Shown one piece after another: positions 39,956 to 52,883 of a DNA stretch of 64,000 nt. Position numbers and translations under genes: made by a program. Origin of the DNA: Octopus sinensis (taxonomy: Eukaryota); NCBI RefSeq assembly GCF_006345805.1, contig NC_042999.1, forward strand, positions 21,328,001-21,392,000. Direction: 5' to 3'. The first letter of the stretch is position 1, and each line of letters opens with the position of its first letter. Under the pieces are notes generated by a model. It saw nothing but the letters and a program-made list of their open reading frames with translations. It had not been told where the DNA came from and ran no database searches.

Positions 39956-39967
39956 TCGGGGTCACCA
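39956..39967 (-). promoter_or_regulatory. Primer-binding site, tRNA-Trp type
   Basis: TGGTGACCCCGA is complementary to the 3' end of eukaryotic tRNA-Trp (...UCGGGGUCACCA) and lies directly downstream of the 5' LTR. Confidence 0.85.
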
Positions 39968-39968
39968 A

Positions 39969-40117
39969 TTTTCCTACGGCGGTTTTCGGTTAATCTACCT
40001 TAAGCTTTCTCTTAGGTTATATTATTTATTTGGGATTTTCTCTGAGTAAGGGAGAATATAATGATTTAACGTCACTTATACTAAAGTGTTATCATTATAT
40101 CTAAAACCCTAACTACA
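39969..40117 (-). repeat. 5' LTR, truncated (~149 bp)
   Basis: Starts TGTAGTTAGGG. Lacks the equivalent of 35594-35758. Confidence 0.85.
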
Positions 40118-40782
40118 GTTATAAAGTCATAGAGACATATACGCATGGAACGCTACATCAACGACCATGTATGTTGAATATTTTAATCGTGTCCTTTAAA
40201 ACGCTATAAGAAACATAATTCAAAGATTACAGAAATGCATATTTATCTATGCTCAGTTGAAAAACAAATGTGAAGAGAAATATTTTCTTTTTAATTAATT
40301 TTTTATTTAAAAATATAACATTTTATATTATTTTTTTACAGTAAGAAAGATAACTTCGTCGTGAAGAAAAACGACTATAAATTCCTTAGCTAATTTCTTC
40401 TTTCTATCTAATACGTTAACCAACAAATCAAAAGAGATTTGTGATTAACTCGAACATGGCATAAATTTTACCGATGCCTCGAAAAGAGTGAGTGACGTGG
40501 AGTTATCTGACACCAACGAACACTAAAGTCTCTCCCCAAATCCAGGGTTTTTATAACTGCTCAACCTGACCAAAAAGAATTGAAATTCAGGACAAACATT
40601 CTTTTCGAAACTTCTAGAATCTTTATATGAGCAGTTATATTAACCAATGGGAAAAAAACGAAAATGCTAATTCTTCGGCAAAGACATTACGTCATATTGC
40701 CAATTCGCGCCACATTTCAAAATGGCTAAAATGGTTATTGCTACACTAGCTTGAGTTGACCATGGTAAGGTATTAAATCAGC

Positions 40783-41016
40783 AGGCGGCGAGCTAGCAGA
40801 AACGTTAGCATGCCGGGCGAAATGCTTAGCGGTATTTCGTCTGCCGCAATGTTCTGAGTTCAAATTCCGCGGAGGACGACTTTGCCTTTCATCCTTTCGG
40901 GGTCGATTAAATAAGTACCAGTTACGCACTTGGGTCGATATAATCGACTTAATCCGTTTGTCTGTCCTTGTTTGTCCCCTCTGTGCTTACCCACTTGTGG
41001 GTAGTAAAGAAATAGG
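40783..41016 (+). mobile_element. SINE family E monomer, full head
   Basis: aggcggcgagctagcagaaacgttagc...gtagtaaagaaatagg. Confidence 0.9.
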
Positions 41017-42175
41017 CATTTATTCATCGACTTTAGTTGTATGCTAGCTTAAGTTGACCATGGTAAGGTATTAAATCAGAACGCAACGAGCTACGATGAA
41101 TAAACATAGACACATTGTTCGATGCTCTTTCTACTCTCTCGTACAATAAATGAATTTGCCAATTCGCCAGTTAGTCAGCTAGCAAGAAGTGATAAACTAT
41201 GATGACGATAATGATACAGGTAATTTTCTTCCACTTAAACACTTCAACAATTACAACGCATATGCGTCTCAAAATACTAAACCAAGAGATCTTGACGTCA
41301 TTGAGACATAAAAGGTCTCAACGTAAATCTTTCAAGAACAAAAGAAAGGATCGAATATAGTCTGACAGAGAAAATAGGTTTCAATGAGCAACAAATTCGT
41401 AGTCGAAGAATAACGCAGTAAGAATTAAGATCACACATACATAGATGCCCCTACAGCTCGAAAACCTTCTCTGAAAGAGTTAATAGGTTATGTTACCTAT
41501 ACGACATAATCAACATTTAATGGTGCTTTAGCCCCTGTTGCTAAAGCTAAAAGCAACATATACTGAAATATTTTGTTGAGAAAGTGAGCTTCACTACAAC
41601 AAAGAAAACATGACGAACATTTATTTTATTTTATATTCTATAATATAATACATATATCTCAAATCCTCATAAAACAAATTTAGACACTGCATTTAACTTA
41701 ATATCGAACGAATGATGTCCAGCAATATATGTATATATATTTATATATTTATTTATTTATATTTATATATATTCCATTTTGGCGCCATTGAAATATGGCA
41801 TTAAACTATAGACATCATATTACGTATATATTCACAAATATTCAAATAGGCATATTACCATAATTCATTGCTAAATATAATGGGAAAATGTCAGAAAGAA
41901 TTTTTTGAAAAGTTTACAAAATGAAATATTATATTTTAAGATAAATAATTATGCTTGAGACGCTATGAAATTCTAATGCAAAATTTGGCACAATTTCAGG
42001 CAATATTTTCTAATCTAACTGCGCATTTTTATGCTCTGGAATAAAGGTATTTTCTATACGTCAGTTTTTATAGTTTAGTTAAAGTGAGATCCAAAAACAC
42101 ATGTCAAATTTATAGTCAAAAGTTTGGGGAAGAAAATTACTTCATATATACGTATAACACATACACACAGGAGAC

Positions 42176-42271
<96 letters not shown>

Positions 42272-42341
42272 GCATTACAAACGAAAACGAAATATACTAA
42301 ATCGATAAAAAAAAGCAGACAGAAAGACACAGAGAAAGAAT

Positions 42342-43030
42342 ATTTTCTACTCTATGCACAAGGCTCGAACTTTTGTGGGGAGGGGAACAGTCGATTAGAT
42401 CGAACCCAGTATGCAACTGGTACTTATTTTATTGACGCCGAAAGGATGAAAGGCGAAGTCGACCTCGGCGGAATTTTGAACTCAGATGAAATACCGCTAA
42501 ACATTTCGCCCGACGTGTTAACGTTTCTTATTTTTTTATTGCCCACAAGGGGCTAAACATAGAGACAGACGTAAAGACAGGCGAAATACCTATATCTTTA
42601 CTACCGACAAGGGGCTAAACACCGAGAGGACAAACAAGGACAGACTAAGTCGATTATATAGATCCCAGTGCGTAACTGGTACTTATTTAATCGACCCCGA
42701 AATGATGAAAGGCAAAGTCGACCTCGGCGGAATTTGAACTCAGAACGTAGTGGCAGACGAAATTCCGCTAAGCATTTAGCCCGACTTGTTAACGTTTCTT
42801 ATTTCTTTATTGCCCACAAAGGGCTAAACATAGAAGGGACAAACAAGGAGAGACAACGGGATTAAGTCGATTGCATCGAACCAAGTACGCAACTGGTACT
42901 TTAAGTTATCGACCCTGAAAGGATGAAAGGCAAAGTTGACCTCGGCGTAATTTAAAATCAGAACGTAATGACAGAGGAAATACTGTAAGCATTTCGCTCG
43001 AAGTGCTAACGTTTCTGCCCGCTCGCCGCA
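42342..43030 (-). mobile_element. SINE family E multimer (~4 units, partly deleted)
   Basis: Repeated ggcaaagtcgacctcggcggaattt and ggggctaaaca modules. Confidence 0.88.
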
Positions 43031-43344
43031 TTAGGTACCGAGAAAGAATGAAAAAAAATGAAAGAGAATATATTCGAATTTTACATAGCCCATTCTTGAA
43101 GAAATTATAGTCTACTATCACCATAATCTGTTTTGACATTCAGGATGTAACACTTTCATTTGTTACCTTTGTGCATTTATAGATTGGACAGAAGAATAGA
43201 TTGATAGAACCAGTACTGACGTTAATTTGTCCAACTAAACGCTTCAAAGCGGTGCCCCATCTCCGATGACCGAAACGAATAAAAGATGAAAGATAGTAAC
43301 GTGATGAGGAATTATTGATTTCAAATATTCACACAAGTTCAGTA

Positions 43345-43495
43345 GTTTCAAGGAAGGGGCCAAGTCATTGACAATGACCCCAGTGCTCCGTTGGTACATA
43401 TTTTATCGAGCCCAGAAGTTATAAAGGCAAAGGCGACCCCGAACGGAATTTGAACTTACAACGAAATGACAGGCAGGCCGTTAAGCATTTTGCCT
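43345..43495 (-). mobile_element. Old SINE family E fragment
   Basis: aaaggcaaaggcgaccccgaacggaatttgaact is a diverged unit. Confidence 0.65.
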
Positions 43496-43519
43496 GTCTT
43501 TTTCTTTCTCTGCGTCTAA

Positions 43520-43875
43520 GATGGTGAGCTGGAAGAAACGTTAGCACGTCGGACGAAATGCTTACGGTTTTTCGCCTGTCTTTATGTTCTGATTTCAAAT
43601 TCCGCCGAGGTCGAATTTGCCTTTCATCCTTTCAGGGTCGATAGATAATGTACCAGTTGCACACTGGGGTCGATGTAATCGACTTAATCCTTTCGTCTAT
43701 TCTTGTTTGTCCCCTCTATGTTTAGCCCCCTCTGGGCAATAAAGAAATAAGAAACGTTAACATGTAGGGCGAAATGCTTAGCGGTATTTCGTCTGTCTTT
43801 ACGTTCTGAGTTCGAATTCCACCGAGGTCGCCTTAGCGGCCTTTTGTCTGGTGTGCTAAAGATTCTTTCAGCTTG
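43520..43875 (+). mobile_element. SINE family E, about 1.5 units
   Basis: Head, one unit and a partial second unit. Confidence 0.85.
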
Positions 43876-44727
43876 CCTCTTTAAATGTATTGTAGAAACA
43901 TTAAGTTAAATATTAGGCCGTTAATTGCGTAGTTATAAGTGGATTCGTTTAGAAGTGTATAAAACACAGATATATTTCAAATGATGCGGTCGGGTCTCAT
44001 TTTAATATCTATTGTCTGATTCACTCTTCGTTTCTTACAGCTTTTTTGCATCATAAACGGTCTCCTGCGAAATTATACACACCAGATTGAGATGCAGTTT
44101 GAAATAAGACTATCATTTCCTTTGTGTTCAATCTGAGCTGATTAATTGGAGAAGTACACGAATAATTTGTAATATAATTGTCAGATGATGATGAAAGAAA
44201 TAAATAAGTAAATGAATAAATATATTCGCATGTGTGTGAGACACTAATAGATTACACAGACAAAGTAATATTCTTTAATAATATCGTTCCAGATTGAATT
44301 AATTTGTATTGTATTTTCAATGGAAATATTGCATACATTGTATCTGGGGCCTGGCTGCAACTGTTATTTTAATATTGCTATGAAAAATTACTGACAGGTG
44401 TTTAGCTTGAAACTAATTAAGTTTGATTGCTTGAACGGCGAGGTAATATCAGAGCGATTTTCTACATCATGCGAGTGATTTGTTTGGCAGATTTGGTCGA
44501 AATATAGAAATAAAAGAAAATAGTTTAGGTAACAAAAAGTGTTTATACAATAATAAAATTAATATTTTGTTATGATTTTTAAAAAACATTTGCATTTTTA
44601 TTGTTATAAATATTTCAAAGATTCCTGTATTATTTCTTATTGTTATTTTTTGTGTTTGTATTAATTTCCTGATAGCTCCTACAAAATAAAATTAACATTA
44701 CAGCTTATTGTTAGTGGTATTGAAATA

Positions 44728-44795
44728 CAGTAGTATCTCGGTTTTCGAACAAGATCGCGAATAAATCGTGCTTTACATATATGTATATATGTATG

Positions 44796-44891
<96 letters not shown>

Positions 44892-45021
44892 TAAAGCACG
44901 ATTTATTCGGTATCAGGTGCGTTCGTGAACCGAGGTACTACAGTATTAAATGAATAAGAGAAAGACAGGAGATAAAGTACGATTTATTCGTGATGAGAGT
45001 TGTTCGAAAACCGAGGTTCTA

Positions 45022-45081
<60 letters not shown>

Positions 45082-45330
45082 TTATACGCATTGAGTCGAA
45101 ACAGGGGCAGCTGAAGAAGGGGAATATTCCTTGTATTGTTTGTCTTGTACTCTGTTTTTTCGTTGTTATAAAAAGTCCGTTTCCTTGTTTGATTTTATGT
45201 TTTCGTTTCTCGTTGTGTTCTACGTTTATTTGTGGTGTCCTGTACTCATATATGCATCTATATATACATATAGATGTAGGTTTGTACATATATGTACGTA
45301 TGTATGCATATGTTTTATTTATTAAATTGT

Positions 45331-45372
<42 letters not shown>

Positions 45373-45557
45373 CATATATATATATATATACATATATAAA
45401 AATACACACGCACACATATAAACACACATATATAGATAGATAAATAGAGAAAGGGGGAGAGAGGGAGAGAGGGAGAGAGGGAGAGAGAGATACTAATAAA
45501 TATATATAAAGCACGATTTATTCCTGATCAGAGACGTTCGTAAACCGAGGATCTACT
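44728..45557. mobile_element. Cluster of ~50-bp pogo/Tigger-like terminal repeats (one left-facing, three right-facing) around (TA)n
   Basis: TA|cagtagtatctcggttttcgaac at 44728-44774. Reverse-complement copies at 44893-44943, 44974-45024 and 45508-45557. Confidence 0.7.
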
Positions 45558-46134
45558 CTTTTTCTATTTCTATTAGTAATAGCTTTTAACGTACGTTTTC
45601 TCTTTCTTTGCTTTTTCTACTTGTCTTGACCACATCTTTGTCATTCAGTCTCTGGCATTTACTTCTCGAGTCACTATTACTACAGCTGTGTTTGGTTTAT
45701 CACAAATAACCTCTTATTGTTTTTTGGGGTTTTTTTTATATTTTTCATCTTGCTTTCCTGTATTTTTGACGAAAAGTATAAATTATTTCCTCTCTCTCTC
45801 TCTCTTCTTCGAGAGTGTTTTTCTCAGATCGTGATTTGGTTACTTTTTGACATTTCTGCGTTAAATTTATTTGCAGGGTAAAATTAAGCAGGAAAAAAAT
45901 ATTTTCTAATGTTTCCAGGCTATTTCACTCGTTATTTTCTCTCAATCCATCTCTCTCTTTCTCTCCCTCTTTTTTCTCTCCCCCCCCCCGCTCTCCCCTC
46001 TCTTTCTCATTCTCTTTCTCTTAAATATCTTCATACAAATGCACCCACACAGTTGTAAGTTTATTAAAGAAAATGTTACTCATACGCTCACGCATAAACA
46101 CAAATATGTATATGTTTACATGTGTGCATGTTTG

Positions 46135-46377
46135 TGTGTGTAAGTAGCTAGCTTCCCAATCACATGGTTCCGCGTTCAGTCCCACCGCGTAGCACGATGG
46201 GCAAGCGATTTCTACTATAACCTCAGGCCGACCAAAACCTTGTGAATGGATTTGGTACTAGGCTTAAAAAATAAGTCCCGAGGTCGATTTGTTAGACTAA
46301 AAGCCTTCAAAGCATTGCTCCAGCATGGCCGCAGTAAAATGACTGAAACAAGTAAAAGAGTAGAAGAAAGAATATAT
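46135..46377 (+). mobile_element. SINE family A with internal deletion
   Basis: The head is joined directly to the tail at ggatttggta|ctaggctta. Confidence 0.85.
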
Positions 46378-46508
46378 ATGTATATATATCACGTGATCAC
46401 GTGACCGACCAGACCATCAGCTGTTGTTACACATCGCTGGACACAATGCGTTCGCATTGTTTTAGCCTTTTGAATGACGCCACCCCGCTGGCTAAGCGAG
46501 CAGGCCAA

Positions 46509-46575
<67 letters not shown>

Positions 46576-46617
46576 TATGTATATGCATTCTATATGTGTG
46601 TGTATACATGCTGAGAC

Positions 46618-46946
46618 ACCCTTCGGTCATCACTGACCATGGGATTGCCCCTAGAAAGTTACCCTCCGAGGTACAATTCCGGGCAAGTTTGGTTATGGAA
46701 AACCAGTAGTCGACCATTCATACCGGCCTCCCCTTTCCACGCCACTAGTGTTATCCAAGGGAAAGGCAAAGGCCGATACAGTTGGCACCTGTGACGTCGC
46801 AACTCATTTATACAGCTGAGTGAACTGGAGCAGCGTGAAATAAAGTGTGATGCTCAAGAACACAACACGCAACCCGGTCTGGGATTGGAACTCACAACCT
46901 CACGATCGTAAGCTCGACGCTCTAACTACTGGGCCATGCGCCTTCA
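46618..46946 (-). mobile_element. SINE family C variant (longer tail)
   Basis: tgaaggcgcatggcccagtagttagagcgtcgagc tRNA head. Core shared with 6616-6861. Confidence 0.8.
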
Positions 46947-46995
46947 CTGTATATATTTAGGTCTTGTATGCATAAATCATTTATAGATACATACA

Positions 46996-47027
<32 letters not shown>

Positions 47028-47316
47028 CATGTGTATATATGTGTGTGTATGTGTGTGTACACATACACATTCAGGCAAATGCATGCATATATATTATATG
47101 TAAATATTAACTGTGGAGCAAAGTGCAGAATATTTATATATGTATACATATATTCATACATTCGTACAAATTTACTTGTATTAGTTCTGTTCACAAAAAA
47201 ATATACGCATTACAGTAAGACACACCAAATTTGAGGTCCACTGTACTCTACTTTTGTACAGTGTAGAGTTGTTTTTCGTTTTCACTCTAATAATAGCCAT
47301 ATCACTCATTTAAATG

Positions 47317-47733
47317 AGGAGTGGCTGTGTGGTAAGTAGCTTGCTAACCAACCACATGGTTCCGGGTTCAGTCCCACTGCGTGGCATCTTGGGCAAGTGT
47401 CTTCTGCTATAGCCCCGGGCCGACCAATGCCTTGTGAGTGGATTTGGTAGACGGAAACTGAAAGAAGCCTGTCGTATATATGTATATATATATATAAGTG
47501 TGTTTGTATTTGTTTGTGTGTCTGTGTTTGTCCCCCTAGCATTGCTTGACAACCGATGCTTGTGTGTTTACGTCCCCGTCACCTAGCGGTTCGGCAAAAG
47601 AGACCGATAGAATAAGTCCTGGGCTTACAAAGAATAAGTCCCGGGGGTCGATTTGCTCGTCTAAAGGCGGTGCTCCAGCATGGCCGCAGTCAAATGACTG
47701 AAACAAGTAAAAGAGTAAAAGAGTAAAGAGAGT
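47317..47733 (+). mobile_element. SINE family A, near consensus
   Basis: Full head, core and tail. Confidence 0.92.
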
Positions 47734-48177
47734 AATCTCAATCAGTATTGGTTACTTTTCGCAGGTGTAACAACGAAGAATTTTGAGGAGTAGTCTATTT
47801 GTTTGATTCTGTAAAAAAACAAAAAAAGTTCTACAGAGACAGACTTATTGAGGGAGTCGCTTAAAAGGTACCGAAAATCACAAATGGCATTATCTTTTTA
47901 AAATTGAGAAGAGAATCCTCTGCAGACGATTCCAATCACACGCGCATTTATCAATGACAAACGACGATCAATTTGGAAACGGCATTGATGTTTCCCTTGA
48001 GCTGTTCATAAACTTCGAATAATTAGGCTTCTGTTAATGTTCGCGCCTACGACTCTGAAAGATAAATTGAAAGATTCAGCCTTGTGAATTGTGTCTCGTC
48101 ATCTCTACAGAACGGTGTCAGAGACCCTGCGGTACAGTTGATCATTCAAATTCTGTTCAAAGCTACCTAAAGTATAT

Positions 48178-48591
48178 ATTTCTTTTCTACCCACAAGGGG
48201 CTAAACATAGAAGGGACAAACAAGGACAGACAAAGGGATTAAGTCGATTACATCGACCCAGTGCGAAACTGGTACTTTATTTATCGACCCCGAGAGGATG
48301 AAAGGCAAAGTAGACCTCGGCGGAATTTGAACTCAGAACGTAACGACAGACGAAATACCTATTTCTTTACTACCCACAAGGGGCTAAATACAGAGAGGAC
48401 AAACAAGGACAGACAAATGGATTAAGTCGATTATATCGACCCAGTGCGTAACTGGTACTTATTTAATCGACCCCGAATGGATGAAAGGCAAAGTCGACCT
48501 CGGTTGAATCTGAACTCTGAACGTAACAGCAGACGAAATACGGCTACGCATTTCGCCCGGCGTGCTAACGTTTCTGCCAGCTCGCCGCCTT
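48178..48591 (-). mobile_element. SINE family E dimer with a ~16-bp target-site duplication
   Basis: gctacctaaagtatat (48162-48177) and gctacctaaaatatat (48596-48611) flank two units plus the head. Confidence 0.92.
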
Positions 48592-48739
48592 CTAGGCTAC
48601 CTAAAATATATCTTATAAAGAAATGAAAGGCAGGCGCACTGCTATACTCTTGGAACAAAACCGACAGCTTGCGTAAGAATAGCGCGCTTAAAGATATAAC
48701 CAATCATATCGCCAAATAAATATTGACGGTGAGCAACAA

Positions 48740-49440
48740 ATAAATATCGGTTGATTAACTCGGAGACGGTGCTGGAGATGAATATCACCCTGGGAAAGAT
48801 CAACAAACACAATGAGAGCCTTTGGTCTGTTTGTATGGCACGGCGTCAGTGAGGTCATCTTACTGTTTAAAAACCGCGTTGGCAGTAGTACAGTATTTTT
48901 TTCCAAGTCTAGTAATGTTGTCTATCTATACTGAAGGACATGTAAGAAGTGCTCAACTTTGCTGAAGCTTATACAGAGTCGAGTAATAGAAGTATAGGCA
49001 TGTTCATGTACGCCAGAAAAAAAACAGCTTTCTGTTCGAAAGGCTTGGTGTGGGTCAAGTGGACTGACTAGGATGGCTCTATTGATGTAGTAATGGGAGC
49101 TTTGATATTCCTGGCGTATGCGATCTTATAAGCTCCTTATGCTAGTTAAATTTCATACGAAATTCCTATCAGTAGCTTTGCCTATATAGAGACGATGCAT
49201 TGACAGTATACAGAGAAATGAATTTACGCATATATGATAATATTAGTAACGATCTAAATCTGTTCTCAGTCGCCTCAGGCTCAAAGCAGCAATAGAGACA
49301 GACTTGATAGTACTTAATTTCATAAATGTCACGTTGATCCGAAGCACAAATTCCTATATCATCCTTCGAGAACCAAAAAAAAAAAGGTTCAATTTTCTGT
49401 CATTCTTCAATACTTTTGAAAAGCTTAGTCAAAGATATTA
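48740..49440 (+). mobile_element. Degenerate Penelope-like element RT fragment
   Basis: Across frames: KYRLIN, VLNFAEAYTE...FMYARK, DVVMGSFD..VCDL, LYRDDAL (49182-49199), IETDLIVLNFINVTL. The order and content match Penelope RT motifs. Confidence 0.8.
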
Positions 49441-49919
49441 GCCCCCAAAATCCCCAAACCACCTCCTAATAAGATTTTCCACGATAAGGCTCTAAGCATA
49501 AAAAGGTCACTCTCAGTTTCACTCTCTTTTGGTTCCTTCTATATTATTTCTCTTTCTTTGGTACCCTCTAAAATTCAACAACAACAACCCTTTCCTATCA
49601 GACAAACGCATACACAAAATATATTGTGGCAAACATTTACTATCTGCGTGCTGAATGGCGATTACAAGGAACGATCGAGGCTTGTTTTATTGTCATTATG
49701 TTTTTTCTTCTCTGAGCTTTGTTCCGGCTTCTTTACATTATCAATGATGCGTGTAGGCCTGATGTGGTATCTGCAGAATTCCGGTACAAAAGGGTCTAAA
49801 CAATAATCTTCAATTCACCCATGAATGTAACAGCAAAAATGCAAACCACTAGATTCTTTATTTAAGGCCACAGTTTATTGGATTCATTATGATAACAATA
49901 ACAATGTGTGCCTGCATAT

Positions 49920-50003
49920 ATGTGCAATTGTATATATATATGTGTGTGTGTGTGTATGTATGTATATATTTATGTATTGTATGCATATATACATGTATAT
50001 ATA

Positions 50004-50042
<39 letters not shown>

Positions 50043-50046
50043 TATA

Positions 50047-50138
<92 letters not shown>

Positions 50139-50140
50139 CA
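49920..50140. repeat. Long (TA)n microsatellite
   Basis: Direct reading. Confidence 0.95.
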
Positions 50141-51702
50141 TACTGTACATTTAAACACAAATAGAAATTACCTATAACAGGCTATTTCTGCACGCTAGGA
50201 AACAGTCAAAACGACCGAAGACCAAAAAAAATTTAAGCAATCTCAAAGGGAAATTGTATATGTGTGTGTGTGTGTGTGTGTACATACACTATCAGGCAAA
50301 TGCATGCATATATAATATATGTAAGTATTAAGTTTTGAAATTTATCCCATATATAGAAATACAACTATTACGTGCAAGTGTGTCTGCGTGCATTTGTATG
50401 TGCGTGCGCGTGTCTGTGTGTGTATGTGTGTGTTTGTGTGTAATCATGCGTATTTAATCTTGTGTATATCTTACCTGGGAAAAATCTTTTTTTCTGAACA
50501 AACATTTGTGAGATGGTTGCCAAATCGGTTAAGACTGTATTCTTTATTCATACCATGTAATCCACACTTGTTTTATACCTGTGCTATTTTATTTCTTCGA
50601 TTCCTATTTTCTCATACGGAAGCAGTTATGCTTTAGATACTTTCTACGAAATCGTGACACCCAAATATATACCGCGCTGCGTGACATTTTGAGCAAGTAA
50701 CATGCTGCATATATTAAGAATTAAATTTAATTTGTAGAGATAAAATTTCTTGCGAAGCCTCTCAAAGAAACATCACTTGCCACGCTGATTCTATAGAATT
50801 TGCAGTCGCTTGTTTGCTAATACCTAGGGGACAGATGGTTTAGCGTATGTCCTTTCCAAATCGCCAAACCTTCCATCATAATGGTGTGATACATTTTTTT
50901 ATTTCGTCTATACACAGACACACACACACACACCTGTACTTTTATCAGGCACACCTGTACTTACAGACACACCTGTACTTTTATCAGGCAACACCTGTCA
51001 TTAGTGCGCATACGTTTATTTACTATGCGTTCCCTACAGGTTTTTATTTCATATTTTATCGATTCTTATCTATTTTTTTCTTCTTATAGGACTTTTGTGA
51101 ATAGGGAATAAGAGTATGTGTGTATGTACGTATAAAATATATGTGTGTTTGTGTCTATACCTAAGTATACAAATACGGGATATAATTCGTCGAAGCATCC
51201 AAGCAGTCTAGCCTCCGATCATATAAACCAATACACTACAAATTATAAATATACAGTACAGATGTATACACAAAAACACACAAGAACGCAGAAATTCAAA
51301 ATGATCACAAGTATGTCGAACGTCGGTGGTGTCTTGCATCAATTCATGTCCTTAGCGTTTATTTCTGTTTATTATTCTCTCTATGTTAATGCGTAAATAA
51401 CGTGACATATCAGCGATTAGAGGTGTCTATTACTGTGTGATGAGACCAACTAATTCCTTTTGATGGAAGGAACATTCACTGATATCCACCTCCAGCAGCC
51501 GATAGCCGTTATAATTTAATTTATCGACCTTGGAATAATGAAAAACAATTTCGAGTTTGGCATGATTTATCGTCAGAACTTAACTAAAACCGGAAGCCAT
51601 TTAGTCTAATGTCCTACGATGCTTCCAATCAATTCCTTTAACACTGTTACGGCCTTGCCTTCCTTGGCTTGAAACATCATTCTCTTGATGGAACAGTGAG
51701 AC

Positions 51703-52117
51703 TGTGAGCCGGCAGAAACGTTAGAACTCCAGGTGAAATGCTTTCCGGTATTTCGTCCGCCGCTGCGTTCTGAGTTCAAATTCCACCGAGGTCGACTTTG
51801 CCTTTTATCCTTTCGGGTTAGATAAATAAAGTACCAGTTACGCACTGGGGTCGATATAATCGACTTAATCCGTTTGTCTGTCCTTGTTTGTCCCCTCTGA
51901 GTTTAGCCCCTTGTGTATAGTAAAGAAATAGGTATTTCGTCTGTCGTTACGTTCTGAGTTCAAATTCCGCCGAGGTCGACTTTGCCTTTCGTCCTTTCGG
52001 GATCGATAAATTAAGTACCAGTTGCGCACTGGGGTCAATGTAATCGCCTTAATCCGTTTGTCTGTCCTTGTTTGTTCCCTATTTGTTTAGTCCCATGTGA
52101 GCAATAAAGAAATAAGG
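51703..52117 (+). mobile_element. SINE family E dimer
   Basis: Head plus two units. Confidence 0.9.
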
Positions 52118-52809
52118 AATAGTGAGAGCGGTGTCAAGAAAGATAGTGTGTCTTGAACCCATTGCGGCCAGTCGGAGCCTATCTTTTGCAGAACTCATCA
52201 TCACCGATTTCTTCCACAAGAAGCGGAAGATGGTAGATTGTTAGAAATAAATCGGAAGAGTGAGAAAAAAGTCGGTAACAATAAAGGACAACTACGTTAT
52301 TTATTGATCCAGAAAAGATGACTGACATTGTTCATATCAGCAAGAATTAAACTGTTAGCTTAGAGACCTGAGACGGATATGCAATTATACCTATAACTAC
52401 CCTGTAATAATTCCGTCCATCGGTGGCCTTCGCGTCCATCAAATATAGTTTAGCGTTAATTAAATATATGAGTACAATATAGGTATATAAGATTTAGTTT
52501 CCTTTCACTAATTGTTTGCGTGATTAATTTCGCCCTGTCTCTCAACTTAGGTTTATTTTAATATTTTCCATTGTGTATTTCAGTTTGTCTTTCATTTTAT
52601 AAAAGACAAACAAAGGATTCGTTTTATAAATATGTTTACAAGAATTAATGACTATATCATCCTTAATAAATATATGACAGCTGAAGGTAAAATATAATAT
52701 ATATATATCAAATATTTGTTTATTTCAAACATTTACTATTATGTATTGTTTAGTATGTGCTTTGTTTGTTTTTCAGTTTGTTATTGTAATACGTGTTCAG
52801 ACTTAGAAA

Positions 52810-52883
<74 letters not shown>

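Larger units (their letters stand above)
35594..40117 (-). mobile_element. Ty3/gypsy LTR retrotransposon, CsRn1 lineage, decayed
   Basis: gag, then PR-RT-RH-IN. Gag knuckle CWYHAKFGDKSFKCIKPC (C-X2-H-X9-C-X3-C). PBS TGGTGACCCCGA. LTR overlap 141/145 identical. Outer termini TGTAG...CTACA. Confidence 0.95.

Noticed and set aside
45078-45130. gagtcGAAAcaggggcagCTGAAGAagggg as a hammerhead ribozyme
   Set aside because: The core boxes are present, but there is no NUH cleavage triplet or stem I/III between them in any permutation.
46389-46510. Palindromic tcacgtgatcacgtga (double E-box) with a GC-richer 110-bp segment
   Set aside because: One copy in the window. It may be a dispersed repeat tail, and neither a regulatory nor a TE call can be supported here.
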